A stretch of DNA of 64,000 bases. It comes from an uncultured Acidobacteriota bacterium (GTDB lineage: Bacteria > Acidobacteriota > UBA6911). Where the stretch lies: contig CAWHCF010000022.1 of NCBI GenBank assembly GCA_963827655.1, forward strand, positions 320,001 through 384,000, written 5' to 3'. This document shows, one piece after another, positions 30,487 to 40,786 of the stretch; within the stretch, counting starts at the first letter, position 1; every line of letters starts with the position of its first letter. Made by a program: the position numbers and the translations under genes. Below the pieces are notes generated by a model, which was given only the letters and a program-made list of their open reading frames with translations, was not told the origin of the DNA and searched no databases.

Positions 30487-31668
30487 TTGTTTTCACGCAT
30501 TGCTTCCAGGCTCCACGCAGAAACAAATCCACTCTATAGAATCCGCGCCCAGATCGAGTCCCGGGGAGAGCAGATACTCGACCTTGTCTCGGGAAATCCC
30601 AACCAGCACGGCATATTTTTTCCTCAAGAGCCGCTCGAAGCCAGTCTGATTCGTGGCGCGAGGCAGGCTCGCTGCTATCATCCCGATTCGTTAGGGCAGC
30701 GTCCGGCGCGGGAAGCCATTTCGTCCTACTATCGAAACCAGGGACTGGCAATCCCGCCCGAAAACATCCTGCTTACTCCCGGAACCAGCATTTCTTACTG
30801 GTACTGCTTTAAACTGCTGGCCGATGAAGGGGAGGAGATTCTGTGTCCGCGCCCCTCGTATCCGCTCTTCGACTACATTGCCGAAATGAGCGGCGTGCGA
30901 ATGGTTTCTTACCCTATGGACGAGGCTCGCGCCTGGGCTATCGACCTCGATCGTCTGGAGGCCTCGATCTCCACCGGCACTCGTGCCATCATCCTCATAT
31001 CGCCGCATAATCCCACCGGCCACGTCGCTTCGCTCGATGAGATCCACGGACTGGCCGAGATCGCCCGCCGGCATGACCTGGCGATCATCAGCGATGAGGT
31101 CTTCAGCGAATTCCTTTTCGAGTCCCAGGTCTTGCCCCGCGCGGCCGCCAGCGCCGCTCCGCTGGTTTTTACCCTCAACGGCTTCTCCAAAATGTTCGCT
31201 CTGCCCGGCCTCAAGCTGGGCTGGATGACGGTCTCGGGCCAGAGCGACCAGGTGAAAGACGCGATCCGCAGCCTGGAGCTGATCTCCGATACCTTCTTAC
31301 CGGTGAATGAAATGGTTCAGGCGGCAGTCCCCGCCATCTTCGAGGAGGGGGGGACCTTCTTGAGATTCTATGCTCGAGAAATAGCGCAGCGCTGGATGGA
31401 GGCGCGGCGGATTCTGAGCCGCTGCGCTCACATCGCCTTCGTCGAACCTGGAGGAGGATTCTACGTTACGCTGAAGCTCCAGAGCATTGAGGAAGAGCCG
31501 GCCGCGCAAGCAATTCTCGCCACCAACCATTTGCTGGCACATCCGGGTTACTTTTATGACATCGATCCCGATCACCTGGTTTTGAGCTTCATCCAGGAGC
31601 CGGAGATCATCCGGACCAGCCTTCCCCGCCTTATTGCCACGTTAGAACATGCGTCCCGCTGTCTGTGA
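30487..31668 (+). CDS. PLP-dependent aminotransferase class I/II
   Basis: SPHNPTG, ISDEVF and GFSK..LPGLKLGW; start uncertain (TTG 30487 chosen, downstream of the repeat). Confidence 0.85.
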   Translation: MFSRIASRLHAETNPLYRIRAQIESRGEQILDLVSGNPNQHGIFFPQEPLEASLIRGARQARCYHPDSLGQRPAREAISSYYRNQGLAIPPENILLTPGTSISYWYCFKLLADEGEEILCPRPSYPLFDYIAEMSGVRMVSYPMDEARAWAIDLDRLEASISTGTRAIILISPHNPTGHVASLDEIHGLAEIARRHDLAIISDEVFSEFLFESQVLPRAAASAAPLVFTLNGFSKMFALPGLKLGWMTVSGQSDQVKDAIRSLELISDTFLPVNEMVQAAVPAIFEEGGTFLRFYAREIAQRWMEARRILSRCAHIAFVEPGGGFYVTLKLQSIEEEPAAQAILATNHLLAHPGYFYDIDPDHLVLSFIQEPEIIRTSLPRLIATLEHASRCL

Positions 31669-31774
31669 TTCTTCACGGTACGCACGTCAAGCAAACCAAC
31701 AGGGAATCAAAGAATCGCTTGATGCCGGGCAGCGCAGGATCTATGATGGCGCACATCAAGTCACAACCGGAGAT

Positions 31775-32614
31775 ATGTCAATGAATCGCTGGAGTAGACT
31801 GCTCATTGCGCTCGTGCTCGCGTCTCCCGTCTCGGCAGCTGAGTTGCAGAAGCCTGCCGCTTCACCCGCGATCCTCGCGCAGCCGTTCGCTTCCCGAGAA
31901 GAAATCGAGGAATTCTTACGAAATGCCAGGATCGTCAAAGCGAAAGGGACCGGTATCGGCATTACAAACCCCCTGAAGCTTACGCTCGACGATGGCCGCG
32001 TACAGCACTTCGCGGTCTTCAAGAGCATTGACGAGAGGAAGCCCGGAGTGACCCAGCTCGCCGCCAGCACCGAAATCGATTTCAAGGATTCCTGGATGTT
32101 CGAGGTCGCCGCCTACGAGCTCGACAAGCTGCTGGGACTCGACATGGTCCCGGTAACCATCGAGAGGACTTATAACGGACATAAGGGATCGCTGCAGTTC
32201 TGGATTGATAACTGCATAATGGAGAGCGACCGGTTGAAGCGAAAGCTCAATCCCCCTGATCCCACGTCGTGGAAACAGCAAATTTTCAAGGTCCGAGTCT
32301 TCGATAACCTGGTCTATAACATCGATCGCAATCTCGGAAACCTGCTGATCACGCCCGAATGGAAATGTTACATGATCGATCATTCGCGCAGCTTCAAGAA
32401 TGTCGACGCCCTCAAGTCGCCGAAAGACCTGACCTACTTCTCTCGTTCGTTGATTGAGAGTCTTCAAAAACTCGACGAGCAAACGGTGAAGACGCGCTGC
32501 GAGAAATACCTCACGCTTTACGAAGTGAGAACCATGCTCCGCCGCCGCGATAGGATCGTTCAGCTCTTTACCAGTCTCCTGGCGGAAAAAGGCGAGAGCA
32601 TAGCCTACCCATAG
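31775..32614 (+). CDS. Secreted protein-kinase-like protein (PI3/PI4-kinase-like fold)
   Basis: Signal peptide; AVFK, EVAAYELD, DRNLGN and IDHSRSF kinase-like motifs. Confidence 0.6.
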   Translation: MSMNRWSRLLIALVLASPVSAAELQKPAASPAILAQPFASREEIEEFLRNARIVKAKGTGIGITNPLKLTLDDGRVQHFAVFKSIDERKPGVTQLAASTEIDFKDSWMFEVAAYELDKLLGLDMVPVTIERTYNGHKGSLQFWIDNCIMESDRLKRKLNPPDPTSWKQQIFKVRVFDNLVYNIDRNLGNLLITPEWKCYMIDHSRSFKNVDALKSPKDLTYFSRSLIESLQKLDEQTVKTRCEKYLTLYEVRTMLRRRDRIVQLFTSLLAEKGESIAYP

Positions 32615-32698
32615 GATCTAGGATTCAGTAGGATTCGGTTAGGAATCCTGAATCCTAGATCCTAGATCCTGGCTCCTGAATCCTGATCCTGGATCCTA
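32612..32698. repeat. Heptamer (TAGGATC/CAGGATT) inverted arms filling the gap between two convergent stop codons
   Basis: TAGGATCTAGGATTCAG... / ...GAATCCTAGATCCTAGATCCTGG...GGATCCTA. Confidence 0.85.
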
Positions 32699-34396
32699 AA
32701 CCTGGTTGATCGGCAGCTTGATCGTAAAGGTGGAACCCTGTCCGAGCTCGCTGGACACCTGGATTGAACCCTGGTGCTCCTTGACTATGCTATAGGCGAC
32801 CGCAAGGCCCAGACCGACTCCCACCCCCACACCTTTGGTGGTGAAGCCCGGATCAAAGATCTTGTCAAGGTGCTCAGCGGGAATACCCGACCCGGTGTCC
32901 CTGATGGAAATCACGATTTCGTCCCCTTCTCGCCGGGTGTCTACGAACACCTGTCCCTTTCCCTTGATTGCCTGGCAGGCGTTCGTCAACAGGTTCATGA
33001 AGGTTTCGTTAAGGAGGGCCGGATAGCACGGAAGTGCCGGAACATCGCCGAGGTTCAGCACCACTTCGACGCGCGGCTGAACCGAAGGGTCCAGCACCTG
33101 GACCGTCGCGGTGAGGCCGTCATTAATATTGACCACCTTGAATTCCGACTCGTCGAGCCGAGCGAACGAGATTAACGAACGCATCACGCGAACAATGCGC
33201 GAGCACGCCGAGACGCTCTCCTGCGCAATATCAATAAGGTGCCGCAAGAGTTTGCTCTCGTCGGGCGGTCTTCCCTCGGTGGTGGCCAGCCGCCCGAACA
33301 TAACCATCAGAAGCTCGAGATTCGCCTTAAGGGCTCCCAGGGGACTGTTGACCTCGTGGGCGATTCCAGCTACCAGCCGGCTCAACGAAGCCATTTTCTC
33401 ATGCTGATAGAGCTTGAGCTCCGCCTGGCGCAGGGCGGCGGTCCGTTCCGCAACCTCGAGCTCGAGTTCTTCGTTGGCGCGCTTTATGGCATCGAAGAAC
33501 CGGGCATTCTCGACCGAAAGGCTGATCTGGGAGGCCACGGCGCACAATAACGTAAGATCGTCGTGGGTGAAGGCGCCGATAGCCCGATTGTTTTCGAGGT
33601 ACAGGATGCCGAGCACGCCGGATTTCCCGACCAGCGGCGCGCACACGATCGACCGCAGCCCTCGCAGCACCACGCTGTGGCCATGGGCAAATCGAGGGTC
33701 GGTCCCTGCATCCGCGGTGATGATGGCTTTGCGGTCGTTCATGATGCGCTGGGCGATCGTCGAGGAGAGGGGCCCGGAAGGAGAGTCCGCCACGGCTTCG
33801 TCGCGCCGGCAAATTACGGCGGGGCGCAGCGTGGCTCCCTCTTCTTCGAGAAGGAATATCGCCCCCTGCTCGGCCTGGGTGCTGGACAACAGGATTTCCA
33901 CCGCTTTACGGGAGACATCTTCCAGCGAGCGCACTTCGGACAGCGCGCGGCTCAGGTCGAACAAGAGCCGGAGGGTTCGGCGCTCCTTGGCCGCCGCCAT
34001 GTCCGAGTCCTCACCCGGTCCGCGGCGGACACCGGACGCAATCTCCTGCACTAGCTGGTCATAGTCTTCTTCGAGAGTTACCGTCATGTCCGATACCGGA
34101 ATCGGCCTTCCCTCTACGCTATAGACAAGGGTATGGGTGCCGACTCTGATCTCGTCGTTGTGCTTCAAGATTGCGTGCTTCACTCTTTTTCCATTGACGA
34201 AGATGCCGTTGTAGCTGTCGAGGTCGCTGACCGAGAAATCGTCGCCTTCGCGAGCTATGACTCCATGCCGGCGCGAGACTCCCGCCCCTTCGAGGACGAT
34301 CTGGTTGTCCGAGGCGCGGCCGATCGAGTAGCTCGGTTCCACCAGCGCCATTTTGGTCAGCTGGCCCGAGGACTTCTTGATTCGCAGGCTGGGCAT
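32696..34396 (-). CDS. FHA-GAF sensor histidine kinase
   Basis: FHA (IGR, SRRH, S.NG), GAF (RSIVCAPL), H-box AHEVNSP, N-box NLLTNA and G-boxes. Confidence 0.9.
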   Translation of the reverse strand: MPSLRIKKSSGQLTKMALVEPSYSIGRASDNQIVLEGAGVSRRHGVIAREGDDFSVSDLDSYNGIFVNGKRVKHAILKHNDEIRVGTHTLVYSVEGRPIPVSDMTVTLEEDYDQLVQEIASGVRRGPGEDSDMAAAKERRTLRLLFDLSRALSEVRSLEDVSRKAVEILLSSTQAEQGAIFLLEEEGATLRPAVICRRDEAVADSPSGPLSSTIAQRIMNDRKAIITADAGTDPRFAHGHSVVLRGLRSIVCAPLVGKSGVLGILYLENNRAIGAFTHDDLTLLCAVASQISLSVENARFFDAIKRANEELELEVAERTAALRQAELKLYQHEKMASLSRLVAGIAHEVNSPLGALKANLELLMVMFGRLATTEGRPPDESKLLRHLIDIAQESVSACSRIVRVMRSLISFARLDESEFKVVNINDGLTATVQVLDPSVQPRVEVVLNLGDVPALPCYPALLNETFMNLLTNACQAIKGKGQVFVDTRREGDEIVISIRDTGSGIPAEHLDKIFDPGFTTKGVGVGVGLGLAVAYSIVKEHQGSIQVSSELGQGSTFTIKLPINQV

Positions 34397-34601
34397 TTAT
34401 TTTCCTTCCACCGTCATCGCGCCTGCAGTTTTCCGGCGCTCCGGCCGGAATCCGTGACACTGAATCCCACCAGCAACGATGCGAAAGCGCGCAAGAACGC
34501 GACCAATTGAAGAAACTATTATCGCCGCGAGGGAACCACAGCGAAAGAGGGAAAAATCGCTTGGTATTGTTTGCGCCTCTGTGGCTAACTTATGCAAACC
34601 G

Positions 34602-35951
34602 ATGACCTCGATAAACAGCGCCGTGGCGACCGAAGCCAGCACTCCGATAGATTCCTCCGGGATTGGGGGGCATCCAAGGGGGCTGACGACGCTTTTCTTC
34701 ACAGAGATGTGGGAGCGTTTCAGCTACTACGGGATGCGAGCCATTTTGATTCTGTACATGGTCGCGGCGCCGGCCAGTGGTGGCCTCGGTTTCGACACTG
34801 CGAAAGCCGCCGCTATTTACGGCGCTTACACCAGCGCAGCCTATCTGACCGCAGTACCTGGAGGTTGGGTCGCCGACAGATTTCTCGGAGCGCGCAGCGC
34901 GGTTCTTTACGGCGGAATTCTCATAGCCCTGGGTCATTTCTCAATGGCGCTCGGGCCGCTCTCTTTTTTCTTCGCCGGGATGTTCCTTATCGTCATCGGC
35001 ACCGGATTGCTCAAGCCGAACATCAGCACGATGGTTGGAGGCCTCTACAGCGAGAACGATCCTCGCCGGGACGCCGGTTTTTCAGTCTTTTACATGGGCA
35101 TAAACCTCGGAGCCCTGATCAGTCCGCTGGTCTGCGGCTACCTGGGGCAGCGAGTCGACTGGCACGCGGGGTTTGGCGCCGCAGGCGTTGGCATGAGTCT
35201 CGGGTTGGTTCAGTTCCTGGCCCATCGCGATCGGCTGGCGCATGTGGGGAACAAGCCCGACAAGCCTTACGGGAAGGAAGCGGGGGCCGCGGCGGGCGGA
35301 CTGACTGCGGAAGAAATGAAGCGCCTGGCAGCCATCGGTATCTTCTTTGTCTTCTCATCCATTTTCTGGGCTGCGTTTGAGCAGGCCGGATCGAGTTTGA
35401 ATCTGTTTGCCGACCAGGTCACCGACAACCGGATTGTGGGCTGGGAATTTCCCTCGAGCTGGTTCCAATCGGTGAATTCAATCTTTCTTATTGTCCTGGC
35501 CCCGGTTTTTTCCTGGCTGTGGCTGCGTATGGGTGATCGCCAACCTTCAAGTCCGGCAAAATTCAGTTATGGTCTGCTGTTTGTCGGCCTGGGTTTCATC
35601 CTCGCGGCGCTTGGAGCCTCGGTCGCGGATAGCGGAAAGGTAAGTCCGGCCTGGCTCATCGGGGTTTACCTTTTCAACACCATTGGAGAACTTTGCCTCA
35701 GCCCGGTTGGATTGAGCACAGTCACGAAGCTTGCGCCGGCTCGCCTCGTAGGCTTGATGATGGGGGTATGGTTTCTGTCGATTTCAGCCGGTAACTATCT
35801 TGGCGGATGGATCGCTGGATTCTTCGACGCCACGGCCGAGGGTGCCATGGTCGGTTTGTTTGGAGCGGTCGCGATCGGAACGCTGGTCACGGCCGGCATC
35901 CTGGCCTTGCTCATTCCCTTCATTCGAAGCCTGATGGGCCGCGTCCGTTGA
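34602..35951 (+). CDS. POT-family di/tripeptide MFS transporter
   Basis: [18 protein letters not shown] and GELCLSPVG. Confidence 0.92.
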   Translation: MTSINSAVATEASTPIDSSGIGGHPRGLTTLFFTEMWERFSYYGMRAILILYMVAAPASGGLGFDTAKAAAIYGAYTSAAYLTAVPGGWVADRFLGARSAVLYGGILIALGHFSMALGPLSFFFAGMFLIVIGTGLLKPNISTMVGGLYSENDPRRDAGFSVFYMGINLGALISPLVCGYLGQRVDWHAGFGAAGVGMSLGLVQFLAHRDRLAHVGNKPDKPYGKEAGAAAGGLTAEEMKRLAAIGIFFVFSSIFWAAFEQAGSSLNLFADQVTDNRIVGWEFPSSWFQSVNSIFLIVLAPVFSWLWLRMGDRQPSSPAKFSYGLLFVGLGFILAALGASVADSGKVSPAWLIGVYLFNTIGELCLSPVGLSTVTKLAPARLVGLMMGVWFLSISAGNYLGGWIAGFFDATAEGAMVGLFGAVAIGTLVTAGILALLIPFIRSLMGRVR

Positions 35952-36008
35952 ATCACGGTTGGAGGATCGGACGCGCCGGCAGGATCCCGGCCCTTTCGCG
36001 CGGTATCT

Positions 36009-36794
36009 ATGGCTCGAGATCGAATCCTTGAGGGACAGTACGCGCTGATAACCGGGGCCAGCCGTGGAATAGGCCGCGCCGTCGCGGAATGCTTCGCCCA
36101 AGCCGGTTGCGGCGTCGCAGTCGCTGCTCGCGGCGCCATCATCTCCGGCGTCGCCAAGGAGGTTGGCGAGAAGTGGCGCGTGCCATACCTCGGGTTTTGC
36201 GCCGACGTGGCTCAGCAGGAGAGTGTTCACCGGCTTTTTGAAGCCATCCGCTCCTGGTCAGGCGACCGGCTGGACGTCCTCGTGAACAATGCCGGTTACT
36301 CCTTTTCCCGGGAAATATGGAATACGCCCCTGGATGCCACACCCGCCGACAGGCTTCAGGCCTGGTTTTCGGATATCTTCCAAACCGACACGATGGGTTC
36401 GGTGTTCTGCACTTACGAGGCTCTTCCTTTGATGATGGCTCGCAAAAGAGGGAGCATCATTTATATCGCTTCCACTCCGGCGCTGGAAGGATTCCAGGGA
36501 ACGCCCTACACCGTCGCCAAGGCGGGCGTTCTGGGTCTGATGAAGGACGTAGCCCGGCTTTACGGGCATCTCAACATTCGGGCCAATGCGCTCGCTCTCG
36601 GCAACATACTCACTCCCGCCACCCTTGAAAGTCTGGACCCGGGGCTGCAAGACAAGCTGGCGCAAGAGACGCCTCTGAAACGCTGGGGTGAACCCGAGGA
36701 GGTCGCGCGAGCCGCGCTTTTTCTGGCCTCGAACCGGTCGAGCTTCATCACCGGCCAGACCATCGCGGTCGATGGCGGAACCGTCCGCCGTTGA
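36009..36794 (+). CDS. Short-chain dehydrogenase/reductase
   Basis: TGASRGIG, NNAG and YTVAK. Confidence 0.88.
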   Translation: MARDRILEGQYALITGASRGIGRAVAECFAQAGCGVAVAARGAIISGVAKEVGEKWRVPYLGFCADVAQQESVHRLFEAIRSWSGDRLDVLVNNAGYSFSREIWNTPLDATPADRLQAWFSDIFQTDTMGSVFCTYEALPLMMARKRGSIIYIASTPALEGFQGTPYTVAKAGVLGLMKDVARLYGHLNIRANALALGNILTPATLESLDPGLQDKLAQETPLKRWGEPEEVARAALFLASNRSSFITGQTIAVDGGTVRR

Positions 36795-36904
36795 CGCAGG
36801 GGACCGTCCGCTGCTTCTTGCGTCTTGGTGTCCCGGTTCAGCCCCGACGCACGCGCCGGGATGTGAACGTGGAGCACTAGGTGGAAGCGCTTGTTCTTGC
36901 CCGG

Positions 36905-37627
36905 CTACCCGATAGTCCCGGTGGCACGCGCCAGGGCCCCGAACTTCCGGGTGCGACATCGGAAGTCCGACAGGGCTTTTTCCAGGTCGCTTTCTTCGAA
37001 ATCGGGCCAAAGCTTGGGTGTGAAATGCAACTCGGAATAGGCCGCTTGCCAGAGGAGGAAATTGGAAAGACGATGCTCTCCCGCCGTGCGGATAATCAGA
37101 TCCGGGTCCGGAACAGACTCCACCCCGAGGGCTTGAGCGATGTGCTCCTCTTCGAGCTGTTCGGGCTTCAGCTCACCCCGGGCTACCTGCCGCGCCAGGA
37201 AGCGAGTGGCTTCGACTATTTCGTGACGGGCGCCGTAGTCGAGCGCAAGCCGCAGGTGGAGGCGGGTTCCGGCGCGGGTTGCATCTTCCGTAACCCCGAG
37301 TTCGGTCAGCACACCAGGAGGCAAACGATCCCTCCGGCCTATGGCTGATAGCCGGATGCCGTTTTCCAGCAGCGCATCCCTCTCGTTGCGCAGGTAGCGG
37401 CGGAAAAGACTGAACAAGACATTGATCTCCTGCGCCGGACGACGCCAGTTTTCGCTGGAAAACGAGAAGAGCGTCAGTATCGAGACTTCCTGGCGGCAGG
37501 CCTCCTCGGTCGCGCGCCTGACGGCGCGCGCCCCGATTTCATGCCCTTTCCAGCGCGGCATCCCGCGCTGCTCCGCCCAGCGCCCGTTCCCGTCCATGAT
37601 AATCGCAACATGCAGCGGGCAATTCAT
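36905..37627 (-). CDS. uppS: cis-isoprenyl (undecaprenyl) diphosphate synthase
   Basis: HVAIIMDGNGRWA, FSSENWRR and DLIIRT.GE.RLSNFLLWQ. Confidence 0.92.
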   Translation of the reverse strand: MNCPLHVAIIMDGNGRWAEQRGMPRWKGHEIGARAVRRATEEACRQEVSILTLFSFSSENWRRPAQEINVLFSLFRRYLRNERDALLENGIRLSAIGRRDRLPPGVLTELGVTEDATRAGTRLHLRLALDYGARHEIVEATRFLARQVARGELKPEQLEEEHIAQALGVESVPDPDLIIRTAGEHRLSNFLLWQAAYSELHFTPKLWPDFEESDLEKALSDFRCRTRKFGALARATGTIG

Positions 37628-37655
37628 CTATCCCTCCACCAGAACAGATGAAAGT

Positions 37656-37672
37656 ACTCTATCATGTAAAGC
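37656..37672. promoter_or_regulatory. Putative operator ACTCTA-N5-TAAAGC upstream of uppS
   Basis: Imperfect palindrome matching 38812-38828. Confidence 0.5.
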
Positions 37673-37768
37673 AAGCGCGCAAAGTATGGCCTCGGTTCAG
37701 CAGCGGAATTACCCTTCATGCCGTGGTTGTGCCTGTTATCCACGCCCCGGCCGTTCACGGCGCCGCCC

Positions 37769-38155
37769 TCAACTGTGCGAAGGGAGAGGTTCGATCCGGT
37801 GTCGCAGCGACCTCTCCACGCGCGCGCTTCGCACCTGGCCCAGGTTTGGGAGCAGGTTGGAGAGGGTCTGGAGATACCCCTCCAGTGCGGAACGTCCTTC
37901 GGCGCTGAGCCGGTACGTGCTCTTGGGCTTCCGGTCTTCGAAGCGCTTGTCGCAGATCACGTATCCAGCTTCTTCGAGCTTCCGCGCCTGAACGCTTAGA
38001 TTCCCGTCGGTCGTCTGCAACAACTCCCGGAGCTCCGTGAAGCTCAAAAAGTCCTGAACGACCAGCGCGGAAAGAATGCCGAGGCGCAGCCGTTCGTGAA
38101 TCATAGGGTCCAGCTCACTCGGGGTGGGCCTGGTTTTCTTGCTTTTCTTAGCCAT
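37769..38155 (-). CDS. Winged-helix transcriptional regulator (HTH_34/MarR-like)
   Basis: IHERLRLGIL..L...SFTEL...TDGNLS..RKLEEAGYV. Confidence 0.85.
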   Translation of the reverse strand: MAKKSKKTRPTPSELDPMIHERLRLGILSALVVQDFLSFTELRELLQTTDGNLSVQARKLEEAGYVICDKRFEDRKPKSTYRLSAEGRSALEGYLQTLSNLLPNLGQVRSARVERSLRHRIEPLPSHS

Positions 38156-38750
38156 TGTGCCTCCAGGCAATGTACCCGCCATAAACGATGTGCAACCACC
38201 CGAAACCTGCCGCCAGCCAGGTAAGCCCCATGCCTGGCGGCGACGCAGCCGCGCCGGTCGCCGTTACCAGCAGGCACAGGCCCAGATAGCGCACGGGAGC
38301 AACCGAAACCTGCCCGCCGTTTACTACCGCCGCTCCATAGCAGCCGAGCCAGATGGCCGGAAGCCACTCCAGGTTGCCCGAACGGACTGCCACACTGGTG
38401 AGAATGCCTCCCACGAAAAGCGACGGGCAGAGACTCCACAGCAACTTGCGAAGAAGAGGGGCCTGCAGTGGCGTGCGCAACTGCAGCGACTTGCGATAGA
38501 TTCCGTAGGAACAGATGGCAAGGGAGAAGCCCAGGACGTAGCCCCAAACGTCCAGGGCGATGCCCGGGAACGCGCCCGGCCCCCACGGCGGGCCGGTGAT
38601 CAAAGAATTGATGGCAACCCCGGCCAGCGCCACAAAGCCGGTTGCCATGAGACCCTTGCCGGGAACCGCGGTAAACTGTCCGGCTGCTTCCAGGGTCCGG
38701 CGGATGTATTGAAGATCTTCGCGCGCAGTTTCCAAGTTCAACGGTTCCAT
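38148..38750 (-). CDS. Hypothetical multi-pass membrane protein
   Basis: About six hydrophobic segments; overlaps the regulator start. Confidence 0.75.
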   Translation of the reverse strand: MEPLNLETAREDLQYIRRTLEAAGQFTAVPGKGLMATGFVALAGVAINSLITGPPWGPGAFPGIALDVWGYVLGFSLAICSYGIYRKSLQLRTPLQAPLLRKLLWSLCPSLFVGGILTSVAVRSGNLEWLPAIWLGCYGAAVVNGGQVSVAPVRYLGLCLLVTATGAAASPPGMGLTWLAAGFGWLHIVYGGYIAWRHNG

Positions 38751-38811
38751 GCTCCGTGCGCCTCCTGGATTTCGTGCTTCATCTCACAACACTTCCTCAC
38801 ATATGTCAAGT

Positions 38812-38828
38812 ACTTTGTGTTATAGAGT
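38812..38828. promoter_or_regulatory. Putative operator ACTTTG-N5-TAGAGT
   Basis: Palindrome about 60 bp upstream of the membrane protein-regulator operon. Confidence 0.55.
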
Positions 38829-38848
38829 TAATTGCCTTCTTGGTGCTT

Positions 38849-38916
38849 CTTCGTGTCTTTGAGTCTTAGTGGTATTCGATTAGACAGCTCTAACCACAAA
38901 GACACGAAGACTCGAG
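38849..38916. repeat. 9-bp-period inverted-repeat pair
   Basis: CTTCGTGTCTTTGAGTCTTAGTGGT ... AACCACAAAGACACGAAGACTCGAG. Confidence 0.85.
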
Positions 38917-38963
38917 CGAAACGCAACTTCATGGTAAAGTCGATAACCGAGCGCAGGTGAGAC

Positions 38964-39308
38964 GTGAAACAACCGATCTGGAACTTCGAGCAGGATCCAT
39001 CGGATGAGCCGATGGACGAAACCAGCGTCAACCTTCGCGCCTACTTCGACCGAATGGATGACGAGAAAATGAAGCGCTACAGACCGGACTGGACCGACGA
39101 ACAGGTCATCGAATGGGACGGCAATTTCCGCGACGACGGCCATCTGATGATTCTTTGCTGCGAGCGCGATGTGGATGTGGTGGAATACCGCAGGGTGCTG
39201 GAACAGTGCATCGACTACCGAAACCGGGCCCGGCCGCAGCTCTTCGCAAAGGATCAACGAGCAAAAACCAGCGAAGACAGCGAGCCGAAGGACCAGTCTG
39301 GAGGGTGA
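38964..39308 (+). CDS. Hypothetical acidic protein
   Basis: GTG start with AGGTGA RBS; coding-like composition; fills the gap between genes. Confidence 0.6.
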   Translation: MKQPIWNFEQDPSDEPMDETSVNLRAYFDRMDDEKMKRYRPDWTDEQVIEWDGNFRDDGHLMILCCERDVDVVEYRRVLEQCIDYRNRARPQLFAKDQRAKTSEDSEPKDQSGG

Positions 39309-39319
39309 TCCGAGGCCTG

Positions 39320-40327
39320 CTAGTACTCGCAGAGCGGGCTGTGGACCTCATACGGCTTCGCCGGTTTCATGGGTCCTTCAGCGTTATGGCAATCCAGGCA
39401 GATCGCGGTCTTCACAACCAGACGGTGCTTGGAAGTAGACCCGGAGTGAACCTGGTGACACGACAGGCAGGTTGTGTCGGAGCCGAAGACCGCGACGTCG
39501 CGGATACTTCGCAGGACGTGGCGATCGCCGGGGTTCAGGCGCACATCGTCCGCTCGGGAAAAGTCGACCTCGAAATCCTGGAAGAGATTGTCCCCCGCTA
39601 CGAAGTTGTTCGCGTAAGGGAGTCCGGTGGAGCGCGACTTTCCCATCCGGATATGGCACTGCGCGCAGATCGAAGTAATGGCCTGGCTCTCGGTTCTGCG
39701 CTTCTTCGACAACAAGATCAGCGACGTGTCATTCGTATGCTCCAGGCTGACGCTGCCGTGGCATGTGAAGCAGTCCAATCCAAACGCCGAGAAGGTCCTG
39801 GTTTTTGGATCTACCGCCGTGGAGTGGCACCCGGCGCATCGGTTCGCGAACTTGTCTTTGTCCCAGGCCGGTCGCTCGACTTCAATCCACCTCTCCACAC
39901 TCCGGTCGTGAGTTAACACCGCCTGTGTGGAAAGTAACGCGAATTTTCCGTAGCCTTGTTTCTTGAGGAAACGGACGTGACGACGGCTTCCCATGACGTA
40001 TTCAATCTCGGAAACCATTCGAGCAAGAGCGGGCTCTCCTCGAACGACACGCTGCAGCTCCTGAGCATCCTCCTGTTGGCGCACCGCCGTGCCGTGCGTG
40101 TTCTTCTGCCATGTCGGCCCTATGTCATTCCGGTGACAGAAAAGGCACTCGTCACCGTGGACATATTCAGGTATCGGCTTGCCCGCATGGTTGCCACCCC
40201 AGGCCGAAGGATCCAGCTTTTTCTCCTGCGGCCTGACGGGGCCGAGCCCCCACAGCAGGAAAATCGCTGCGGCAGCGGCGAACCGAATTTCAGAAGACAT
40301 AAGCCCGGCGATATCTCTCGGTTTCAT
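39320..40327 (-). CDS. Hexaheme c-type cytochrome
   Basis: Signal peptide; six CxxCH motifs (CLFCH, CAGCH, CFTCH, CAQCH, CLSCH, CLDCH). Confidence 0.85.
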   Translation of the reverse strand: MKPRDIAGLMSSEIRFAAAAAIFLLWGLGPVRPQEKKLDPSAWGGNHAGKPIPEYVHGDECLFCHRNDIGPTWQKNTHGTAVRQQEDAQELQRVVRGEPALARMVSEIEYVMGSRRHVRFLKKQGYGKFALLSTQAVLTHDRSVERWIEVERPAWDKDKFANRCAGCHSTAVDPKTRTFSAFGLDCFTCHGSVSLEHTNDTSLILLSKKRRTESQAITSICAQCHIRMGKSRSTGLPYANNFVAGDNLFQDFEVDFSRADDVRLNPGDRHVLRSIRDVAVFGSDTTCLSCHQVHSGSTSKHRLVVKTAICLDCHNAEGPMKPAKPYEVHSPLCEY

Positions 40328-40447
40328 GGTCGTTGCCCAGCCGCTTCATTGAAGAACAAGAATAATGAAACCATAGATCAGGAAAACAAGAAACCAGGAA
40401 ACTAGCCAAGGGCTGCGCCCTTGATATCCCGCTGCGCGGGATATAGG

Positions 40448-40664
40448 GCCAGGAGTCAGGAGCCAGGAGCCAGAATGGCCTTTGCACATGCATTCAGCAG
40501 GCGGCTCAAGTCCTCCCGGAGATTCATACCTCCTTCTTCAGGTTTGCCGTAACCCAGGTCGTGTGCCAGAATCAGGGTTGCATCAGATCACCCCATCTCG
40601 TGATGTTATCCTTTCGGTAGTGCCAATCAACTTCTTGCTCCTGACTCCTGACTTCTGGCTTCTA
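40448..40664. repeat. Heptamer (CAGGAGT/CAGGAGC) inverted arms enclosing a gene remnant
   Basis: GCCAGGAGTCAGGAGCCAGGAGCCAGAAT ... GCTCCTGACTCCTGACTTCTGGCTTCT. Confidence 0.85.
40456..40587 (-). pseudogene. C-terminal remnant of a four-helix-bundle protein (23S rRNA IVP / TIGR02436-like)
   Basis: Hand translation: TLILAHDLGYGKPEEGGMNLREDLSRLLNACAKAILAPGS*; the LILAxDLGY motif is typical; in-frame stop upstream; own stop lies in the repeat arm. Confidence 0.6.
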
Positions 40665-40786
40665 ACGTGAACAGAATTCTCGTAAGCTCGGACATATCGG
40701 ACATAACGGTCTAATGGCTTCAACTCGCGCTTGATTTTGATAGCGCGGTGAAACAAGATGCATACTTCCTGAAAGGAGCCTCAGAG

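Noticed and set aside
40408-40444. Hairpins AAGGGC..GCCCTT and ATATCCCGC..GCGGGATAT as terminators
   Set aside because: No U-tract and located between divergent genes; left unassigned
40456-40587. Diversity-generating retroelement suggested by the Avd-like remnant and FGE-fold gene
   Set aside because: No reverse transcriptase and no template/variable repeat pair seen in the window
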